This document shows positions 9,501-15,301 of a stretch of DNA of 16,272 bases, piece by piece (within the stretch, counting starts at the first letter, position 1; every line of letters starts with the position of its first letter). Position numbers and translations under genes: made by a program. The stretch spans positions 1-16,272 of the forward strand of contig JAZGDW010000281.1 of the NCBI GenBank assembly GCA_036478295.1, in the 5' to 3' direction. A model generated the notes under the pieces. That model was not told the origin of the DNA and ran no database searches. It saw only the letters and a list, made by a program, of their open reading frames with translations. The DNA is from Candidatus Krumholzibacteriia bacterium. GTDB lineage: Bacteria > Krumholzibacteriota > Krumholzibacteriia > WVZY01.

Positions 9501-9682
9501 AGAAACGTTCCGATGCGTTCCGCCTGTCCGCCGTGGCGCGTTTGGCCGCGCTCTATGAAAAGGCCGGAAATTTCAAGAGGGCACTCACCGCATACAAGGA
9601 TTTGATACGCAACGCGAAGGACCCCGAGCTGGTGCTGGCCGCCAGGGAGCGCGCCACACAGATCGAAGCCGCCGTCAAGTAG
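6575..9682 (+). CDS. Large exported tetratricopeptide-repeat protein (1035 aa; CpoB/BamD-like TPR repeats)
   Basis: ATG at 6575 with AGGAG RBS; Sec signal ending VYG|Q. Many helical repeats of the form A.(F/Y)..G..(Y/L)...(Y/F)..A...(F/Y)..(V/L)...(Y/F)P.S along the whole length. Confidence 0.9.
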   Translation: MDWEKLLRIVRIPAFLSVGLCLVAAPVYGQDDKSPVETRTLDSVGMEFEWARLRPLADRRAALTNVVTSFDQLMRGDVPKQKKSAAQFLFAEILFASGDYREAASQFNKAAKAGKKGPFADDAAFAGILALEAQGRDKEAARQWKKWQKQYGTSPLMPEMLLAHTWNALRRDSLREATLSFARLKSGFPYMVRKSRVVLTGATLAYLDNRSDETLALLGRSETGVAAIYLRALAYEAKGAMLKAAAQYQEVVERFPRSVLRDHAMIAKANIFLTSSAYRSAAEEFGRVTEKARHADVRAESALRQAACVFLDGNAEDGTQLLRQVVAQHAGTDVAARAQLMLGEVLVSQSLYEEAILEFNRVLTSYFQHELAASAQYRVGRCLDALERRNEATTAYKLVVSGYPQAPQSPAAAYLAGVGLLDQNRPQAAVPYFQLVLDRYAQDSEGSIVFASTDHQELVEASLCLLELSYHRIGNMGQLTGVPHQMLQKMPPSKSPWRAWALLIDADALAAQARYGDAQGVLATLIKEFPTHSVGVGANRLLAWTYARQGKDDLAIATEERMLARYAESGDRDNLSAAYLNKAHILFNRKKYRDAASTYDDFLQRFPAHEQRPLALYQSGLCHSRLDHNGDAVDRWEAVVEIDPSAEIAEKAWVRAGDLYFQTEHYEDAKRCYQGLLDNFANSRAAALGMLRMAQCDYNAGRDAEALDGFSAVAELFPGTGISKEAGRGIERALYRLGQRADSDEILAELVERYPTSSFAADAQFEIAMRHFEAGKFFEAAEAFRRVISQFPSYQEGDRAHFLMADAYGKAGQATDARLAYEQFLMFFPESELRTTVRFRLGSGRFDEGNYMQAAVDFMTVLEDSTTLEIASAALFNLALCRRILEETAEARTLLERYRKRYPNDERASQVAYQLGDILDLSGEYFDAAEQYKLSIRSGADPVLTIELYYRLGVCREHLDNDKGAIRAYRQALSSKKRSDAFRLSAVARLAALYEKAGNFKRALTAYKDLIRNAKDPELVLAARERATQIEAAVK

Positions 9683-9796
9683 GCAGCGCATATGAAGCCA
9701 CCTCCGGGGGCGGGCAAACTCGAAGTCGCCACCGGGGTACAGCGCAAATACGAAGCCGCGGCCAGCAAGGCGCGAAACTGAACAAGGAGATAAGCA

Positions 9797-10522
9797 ATGT
9801 TTGCGGATTTTGACTGGCTAAACGCCACGACCAACAGCCCGATTTTTCTCGCGCTCGTGCTATGCAGCATCGTGACCCTGGCTGTCACCGTCGAACGAGC
9901 GGTCTATTTCTTCCGGCGCCGCGGCAACCCCGATGAGACGCTCGCCAAAGCGCTCAAGAAGATCAGCGCGGGTGCGCCCCGTGAGGCCGCGTGGGAATGT
10001 GAACACACCTCTCACCCGATGGGCGTGGTCGCCCTCGAAATCTTCAAGCACATTCACAGCAAGTTCGAGGCGCTCGAGGAACGCCTCCAGATCGCACTTA
10101 GCGGCCAGAAGCTCCTGCTCGAGCGCAACCTGAACGTGCTCGGCACCATGGCAGCCATTGCCCCCCTCATCGGTCTCCTTGGAACGGTGTGGGGGATCAT
10201 GCGTGCCTTTCACGACATGTCTGCGACAGGCTCCTCGGCGCCGTCGGTCGTCGCCTCCGGTGTCGCCGAAGCGCTGGTCACCACGGCTGCCGGTCTCGTC
10301 GTCGCCGTGCCGGCGTTGATGCTCTACAACTACTTCTCGCGGCGCATGAACGTCACGCTGACCATCTCGGAGAACTACTGCCGGTCGATACGCACGGCGC
10401 TCCTGGAGAGCGGCGCGGCGGAGGGTGGCTCTTCCATCCAGCCGTCCGGCAAGGAAGGCGCCAGCAAACCGGCCGCCAAGCCGAACCTCAAGCATCAACC
10501 CGAACCGATCGTGACGAGGTAG
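9797..10522 (+). CDS. exbB: MotA/TolQ/ExbB proton-channel protein
   Basis: AAGGAG RBS; three TM segments; conserved LGTMAAIAPLIGLLGTVWGIMRAF and GVAEALVTTAAGLVVAVPA...YNYF. Confidence 0.93.
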   Translation: MFADFDWLNATTNSPIFLALVLCSIVTLAVTVERAVYFFRRRGNPDETLAKALKKISAGAPREAAWECEHTSHPMGVVALEIFKHIHSKFEALEERLQIALSGQKLLLERNLNVLGTMAAIAPLIGLLGTVWGIMRAFHDMSATGSSAPSVVASGVAEALVTTAAGLVVAVPALMLYNYFSRRMNVTLTISENYCRSIRTALLESGAAEGGSSIQPSGKEGASKPAAKPNLKHQPEPIVTR

Positions 10523-10526
10523 CCGC

Positions 10527-10940
10527 ATGTTCTTTCAGAAGAAGATGAACAAGGACAGTGACGGCAATCACGAGGTCAATATGACCCCGTTGATCGACGT
10601 CTCACTCGTACTCGTGGTCATGCTGATGATGGCTACGCCACTGGCGTTCGAATCGAGTATCAACGTCAAGAAGTCCAGGCCGAGCGCCAAGGTGTCCGAG
10701 CAGGAAAGCCACCGCGAGCGTGTCGAAGTGCGTGTCTTCTCGGAAGACAGCGTCCGCGTCAACCTGACTGTCGTTCCGCGCAAGGAGCTCACGGACACGC
10801 TGCGGCCGCTCATCGCCTCCAGCGTGGATGGATTCGTCGTGGTCCGCTGCGACGACGACGTCACACACGGCACGTTCGTCGACGTGCTTGACCAGGCCAA
10901 GATGTCCGGCGCATCGGAAATCGCCGTGGTGGGGAGATAA
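10527..10940 (+). CDS. exbD: ExbD/TolR family protein (copy 1)
   Basis: EVNMTPLIDVSLVLVVMLM TM segment with the conserved Asp; C-terminal VVVRCD...V.VLD.AK.SG...IAV. Confidence 0.92.
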   Translation: MFFQKKMNKDSDGNHEVNMTPLIDVSLVLVVMLMMATPLAFESSINVKKSRPSAKVSEQESHRERVEVRVFSEDSVRVNLTVVPRKELTDTLRPLIASSVDGFVVVRCDDDVTHGTFVDVLDQAKMSGASEIAVVGR

Positions 10941-10941
10941 C

Positions 10942-11364
10942 ATGAGGGATCCGCTAGTCCAACCCGCACCGACGATCGCACGGATCAACGTCACGCCCAT
11001 TATCGACGTGGCGCTAGTGCTCGTCATCATTCTGCTCATTACCGCGCCGATGATTACGAATTCGAATATGGACGTCGACCTGCCGGCCGCGCAGACGCGC
11101 GCCGCTGAGGACGAGGTGCGTATGAGCGTCACCATGGGCGTGCACGGTGAGCTCGCCATCAACGAGAACACGGTCCCGGCCAAGGAGTTTGTCCGAACGC
11201 TCGCCGCACGCCTGGCCGAAAGCAGCAACAAGAACATCCTGGTCGTGGTGCGCGCCGACGCCGGCATGCCCTACGATTCCGTCAACCACGTACTCAAACT
11301 GGTACGCAAGGCGGGCGCCATGCGCGTCGCCATCGCCACACGCCAGCGGGAGAAGAAAAGCTGA
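10942..11364 (+). CDS. exbD: ExbD/TolR family protein (copy 2, 140 aa)
   Basis: ATG at 10942, 1 nt after the previous stop, with GGAG RBS. Motifs INVTPIIDVALVLVIILLITAPM, VDLP, VRADAGMPY..V..VL..V.KAG..RVAIAT. Confidence 0.92.
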   Translation: MRDPLVQPAPTIARINVTPIIDVALVLVIILLITAPMITNSNMDVDLPAAQTRAAEDEVRMSVTMGVHGELAINENTVPAKEFVRTLAARLAESSNKNILVVVRADAGMPYDSVNHVLKLVRKAGAMRVAIATRQREKKS

Positions 11365-12305
11365 TGGCCGGCCAGATCGTCACCGAGGAACTGGAAGTCA
11401 TCCGCCAGCGCACGCGCAAGTGGCTCTACTGGAGCATCGGCGCGCACGCGCTGCTCTTTCTGATGCTCTCTCTTTATCACAAGATTATTCCCGAGCCGCT
11501 CGCGATTACCGAGATAACGTGGATCGACCCCGTGGAAGCAGCCACACCGGCGCTGCCCGTTGCCGTGGCGAAGAGCGAGCCGGCACCGGCCGAGAAGACC
11601 TCGCCGGAGAGGCCGTCACCGCGCAAGATCGATGACAATTTCAAACGTGAGCAGCCGCTCGCCGAGCTGGCGCCCGACCCGCAGTCCATACAGGCGATCC
11701 AGGACAAGTTGAGCGAGCGCCTCGCCTCGCTGCAGCGCGACGCCACCACCAGACCGAAGAAGATTGCGTCGCTGGCCGCCCCGAGTCCGGTGGGCCGGCC
11801 GAAGCTCGCCGGTGTCGCGGACGACGCGCGCACCGGACGCCAGACCGATTTGACACGTACCGAAGTCTCCACGCCGAATCCGATTGCGCTGACCCGATCC
11901 AGGACAACGATCAAGAAGGCCGCAGTGGCCACACCCGTGCCCAAACGACCGGTCGCGCGCGCCCAGAACGATGCGACGGAAAGCGCCGCACAGCGGGAAG
12001 TGGCCGGTGCGCAGATGACGGGCCCCGTTGCCGACCGCCCGATCATCTCGTACAACACACCGGTCTACCCCGAGTGGGCGAAGAGCGAGGGTGTGCAGGC
12101 TTCGGTCATGATTTATTTCGTCGTGCTCCCCGACGGGCACGTCAAAGAGAACGTCATGGTCCAGAAAACGTCAGGCTTTACCGATTTCGACGACAACGCC
12201 GTCAACGCAATTCTCGCCTGGCGCTTCGCGCCGCTCAAGGGCTCCGTGACCGGCGAGCAATGGGGTACGATTATGTTTCACTACCGTTTGACCGGTGGGA
12301 ACTAA
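11364..12305 (+). CDS. tonB: TonB family energy transducer
   Basis: TGATG overlap with exbD2. N-terminal TM with S-x3-H (WSIGAHALL), Pro/Ala/Thr-rich linker, and TonB_C domain PVYPEWAKSEGVQASV...V.PDG.V...SG...FD..A..A...WRFAP. Confidence 0.88.
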   Translation: MAGQIVTEELEVIRQRTRKWLYWSIGAHALLFLMLSLYHKIIPEPLAITEITWIDPVEAATPALPVAVAKSEPAPAEKTSPERPSPRKIDDNFKREQPLAELAPDPQSIQAIQDKLSERLASLQRDATTRPKKIASLAAPSPVGRPKLAGVADDARTGRQTDLTRTEVSTPNPIALTRSRTTIKKAAVATPVPKRPVARAQNDATESAAQREVAGAQMTGPVADRPIISYNTPVYPEWAKSEGVQASVMIYFVVLPDGHVKENVMVQKTSGFTDFDDNAVNAILAWRFAPLKGSVTGEQWGTIMFHYRLTGGN

Positions 12306-12473
12306 CGAATGGGCGTAACCTTTAAATGGAAATAAATTAGCGATGGGAAATAATTTCAGGCGTCTCTTGTTTTTTCGCCTGCGGCGGTTTCGCATACGGA
12401 TTCCGGCAGCCTGCCGGATACAGGTGCCGGCCGCGCGCTGGTGGCGAAGATAGATTTTATGGAGCGTAGTATA

Positions 12474-13478
12474 ATGAAAAACACTCGATGGATCCTCACA
12501 GCTCTCTTCTCGGTCGGCGCCGGGATCGGTGTCAGCAGCCTCATGTTCACCGACGTCACCGCGGCAAAGAAGAAAGACGTCAAATCCAAACCCGCGGCAG
12601 AAGCCGACAGCACCATGAAGCTCGAGGCCGGCACGGGAGGCACGATTTTCAAGAGCCTGCGCATCGAGGGCGAGGACCGGGTGCGTATCGAATTCGAGCG
12701 TCCCGCCCTGAACCCCAATCTCGACCCCACGAGTGCTCCCGGACTCGAGTGGGAAAGCGTTCGCGCCGTGCTGAGCCACAGCGGTCTCGACCTGGTGTCG
12801 CCGTATATCACCCGCTCCGCCACGCAGCGCCCGCCGTTCTACGCGCGTCCGTGGCTCGATCATTTCTCGACCCGCGGCGTCGCGCGTTTTCGCCCCGTTC
12901 TCGAGGGCGTCGACCGCTGGCGCCTGAACGTCGCCAACTCGCAGGGTGAGACCGTCGCCCGCTTTGAAGGCAAAGGAAAGCCGCCCAAGGAAATCACCTG
13001 GGACGGCCGCTCACTGGACGGCAAGCCGGCGCCGCCGGGGCTGACTTATACTTATGTGTTGGAGGCGTTCGACCGTGCGGGCAACAAGCGCAACTTTCTC
13101 GGTGACGGATTCGAGCTGCCGTCCTACCGCTTGAACACACCCGAAGGCTTTACTATGCTCTTCTCCGGGGACAAGCTCTCTGCGCAGCGCCCGGCGTCCG
13201 CCCAGGCCGGCGGCGACGAGCCCGCACCCGCGATCCTGCTCGAAGCGGCCAGCTGGATCAACCAGCGGCCCAACTCGCAGGAGACCGTTCGCGTCGAGGT
13301 AACGGCGCGCTCGTTCAGCGACGCCAAGCAGATCGCCGGCAGCATCATCGAGCAGCTACGGCCGCTGCTTCTCGGCGACCCCGCACGCCTCAAGCCGATT
13401 GCCGCCGTGCAGAACGGCGCGCCCGACCGCGGCTCGGTCGCGATCGTCGTGGGCCCACCACCGGCGCCCGCCGAGTAA
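12474..13478 (+). CDS. Exported hypothetical protein (334 aa): central FlgD-Ig-like domain and possible degenerate OmpA-like C-terminal domain
   Basis: ATG at 12474 with GGAG RBS at 12461; N-terminal signal or anchor. WRLNVANSQGETVARFEGKGKPPKEITWDGRSLDG...YTYVLEAFDRAGN. The C-terminal alpha/beta pattern resembles OmpA_C, judged by eye only. Confidence 0.75.
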   Translation: MKNTRWILTALFSVGAGIGVSSLMFTDVTAAKKKDVKSKPAAEADSTMKLEAGTGGTIFKSLRIEGEDRVRIEFERPALNPNLDPTSAPGLEWESVRAVLSHSGLDLVSPYITRSATQRPPFYARPWLDHFSTRGVARFRPVLEGVDRWRLNVANSQGETVARFEGKGKPPKEITWDGRSLDGKPAPPGLTYTYVLEAFDRAGNKRNFLGDGFELPSYRLNTPEGFTMLFSGDKLSAQRPASAQAGGDEPAPAILLEAASWINQRPNSQETVRVEVTARSFSDAKQIAGSIIEQLRPLLLGDPARLKPIAAVQNGAPDRGSVAIVVGPPPAPAE

Positions 13479-13542
13479 CACTCCCGGCCCACCGGCGACC
13501 CGCGTTTCTGCACACCCGGCCCACCGACAACCGGCGCTTCTC
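13479..13542. repeat. Imperfect 32-bp tandem duplication
   Basis: CACTCCCGGCCCACCGGCGACCCGCGTTTCTG (13479-13510) versus CACACCCGGCCCACCGACAACCGGCGCTTCTC (13511-13542): 26/32 identical. Confidence 0.8.
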
Positions 13543-13572
13543 GAGACCCCTGGAATTTTCGCGAAAGGAAAA

Positions 13573-13676
13573 TGACAGTATGCTGTCATGTGATTGACAG
13601 TATGCTGTCATGTGATTGACAGTGTGCTGTCATGCGGTTGACAGTATGCTGTCATGCGGTTGACAGCATGCTGTCA
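13573..13676. repeat. Tandem array of five palindromes TGACAG-N4-CTGTCA with a 22-bp period
   Basis: Copies start at 13573, 13595, 13617, 13639 and 13661. Centres are TATG, TATG, TGTG, TATG, CATG; 6-bp linkers are TGTGAT, TGTGAT, TGCGGT, TGCGGT. Confidence 0.97.
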
Positions 13677-13689
13677 AGTCACTATTGCG

Positions 13690-14988
13690 TCAGATGAGCC
13701 TCTGTAGTGTTATTTTCTTCTTGATCACTCGGCCGTCTCTCTGGATGGTCAGCGTCATTTTTGTACCGGGTTCCTGCGAGAGCAGCTCACGGATTTCATC
13801 CCTCGTGTATTTCTTTACCGAACGCCCATCGATCGCCTGGATTTTATCTCCGGCGAGGATACCCGCTTCGGCGGCCGGCGAGGGGTCGTAGACATCGATC
13901 ACTTCGATCGTCTCAGCCCCGGACGCGGCCGGTTTGAGATGCACCCCGGTCGTGGTGAACGTGAACGGATCGTTAAACTCCTCGTTTGGCTCGAGAATCA
14001 TGATTTCGTGCGTGTAGTCAAAGATGACATGAAAGCGCTCCAGCGCCAGTGCACCGAGGTTCCCGTGCCTTCCGGACAGCCCACGGTTGCTAGCGCCTGC
14101 TTTCTGTTCGTGCCCGCCCTGGCCGAACACGCCGTGTGAGCTGGGATCGGGAAACGAAACGACGACACCGTCCATCGCGTAGCCGCCAATGGCGAGGCGG
14201 TTTATGCGGCCAACGCGTCCCCGGATGATACCGTTCGCCCCCCAGCCGAGGATGGCATTGGGAAGCGCGTTTTCGGGCACCTGCAGATCCTCGTGCGACC
14301 CGGCCTGAAGCGACAGCACGTGCCCCGCTCCAATGTCGATCACCAGGCTAACGGGAATCTCTCCCGCGCCGTCCACATCGACGGTCCCGTCCACGAACGC
14401 AAATCCCATGGATGTTACATCGAGCGGCACAGTCGAACCATTGCCCTGGTAGGTGTACCCGTCCGGCGGATAAAACTTGATGATGTGGCCGATGAAGTCG
14501 ATGTCGACGACAAGATCTCGAAATAGCGGCTGGCCGATGACGCCTTTCCAGGTCATACCTTTCATCATGTGCCCGCCGATACCGACGGCCATACTTAGGC
14601 CTGTTACCTCGATGCCGCCAACATCGAACGTAATGTTGCCGGCGATGGGAACGGTCTGCGCTTCGCCCTCACCGGCTCCTCCCACCATCGCCTCCCCCAT
14701 GATGTCCAGATCGAGCGTTTCGCCCAGATCGGCATCGATCAAAACCGCTATCGGCGCGCCCGTGTCCAGCACGAACGGCAACGGCTCCGAGCCGTTCACT
14801 CGCACCGGGATGACGATTTTTCCTCTCAGGTATTCGAAGGGAACCTCGACGACCTCGCGGTCTTCGGGAAACTGCAGTGCCGCCGGTGCGCCTCCCATAC
14901 GCATACGGGTTTGCGCGGAAACAGTCGTCACGAGCGCCAGCAAGCACACTACAGGGATAACGACACGTATCGTTCGCAAGAAGAGCAT
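13690..14988 (-). CDS. Exported aspartyl protease (two retropepsin-like domains) with C-terminal PDZ domain (432 aa)
   Basis: ATG at 14988 with GGAGG RBS; signal ending VSA|Q. FVLDTGA and GVIG in domain 1; LVIDIGA and GNLG...F.VIFDY in domain 2; PDZ motif SPAAEAGILAGDKIQAIDG...LTIQRDG. Confidence 0.9.
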   Translation of the reverse strand: MLFLRTIRVVIPVVCLLALVTTVSAQTRMRMGGAPAALQFPEDREVVEVPFEYLRGKIVIPVRVNGSEPLPFVLDTGAPIAVLIDADLGETLDLDIMGEAMVGGAGEGEAQTVPIAGNITFDVGGIEVTGLSMAVGIGGHMMKGMTWKGVIGQPLFRDLVVDIDFIGHIIKFYPPDGYTYQGNGSTVPLDVTSMGFAFVDGTVDVDGAGEIPVSLVIDIGAGHVLSLQAGSHEDLQVPENALPNAILGWGANGIIRGRVGRINRLAIGGYAMDGVVVSFPDPSSHGVFGQGGHEQKAGASNRGLSGRHGNLGALALERFHVIFDYTHEIMILEPNEEFNDPFTFTTTGVHLKPAASGAETIEVIDVYDPSPAAEAGILAGDKIQAIDGRSVKKYTRDEIRELLSQEPGTKMTLTIQRDGRVIKKKITLQRLI

Positions 14989-15301
14989 TTTCCCCTCCAG
15001 GGGTTGTGGGGTCCGCGTCATCACTCCGTCGTGATGCGCGCTTTTAACACAGGCTCCCGTTCGGGAGCTCGAGGACTCTCGTTCATGCAGCCATCCGCTT
15101 GAATTATCTTACACCTGACGGAAAGGGTTGGTTCCAATACTCGATCCACAACATCGCCACCGAGGGTAGTGCCATTCAATTTATTGACGCCAGGGCAGGG
15201 GTGAACATCCTTCTGGGCGGACAGTAGCAGCGACTCGTTAACGGGTTCTATTGAGCTCCGAGCGACCTGATCTCGAGAACGTTCTCAATTGCACCAGAAA
15301 A

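Noticed and set aside
7958..9691. 577-aa minus-strand ORF and other long antisense ORFs (5143-6063, 3308-4126, 9860-10528, 12171-12863)
   Set aside because: They lie wholly or largely opposite well-supported plus-strand genes, have no recognisable motifs, and are expected in GC-rich DNA.
9712..9760. c-di-GMP-I riboswitch-like words GGGCAAAC...CGCAAA upstream of exbB
   Set aside because: No GAAA-capped stem between the two words, the spacing is too long, and no convincing downstream stem is present.
9797..12305. Canonical Tol-Pal or TonB-dependent uptake locus
   Set aside because: No tolB, pal or plug-containing TonB-dependent receptor in the window; the only barrel is a small PorV/PorQ type.
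13573..13676. CRISPR array interpretation of the palindromic repeats
   Set aside because: Repeats are 16 bp, linkers are only 6 bp and are themselves duplicated, and no cas genes are in the window.
13582..13676. Pho box interpretation (CTGTCAT half-sites)
   Set aside because: Pho boxes are direct repeats at 11 bp; here same-strand copies are 22 bp apart, alternate with inverted copies, and are not in a promoter.
15275..15286. 12-bp palindrome GAGAACGTTCTC downstream of the cysteine synthase gene
   Set aside because: Single short copy with no loop or U-tract; it does not fit 7-1-7 Fur spacing and no function can be supported.
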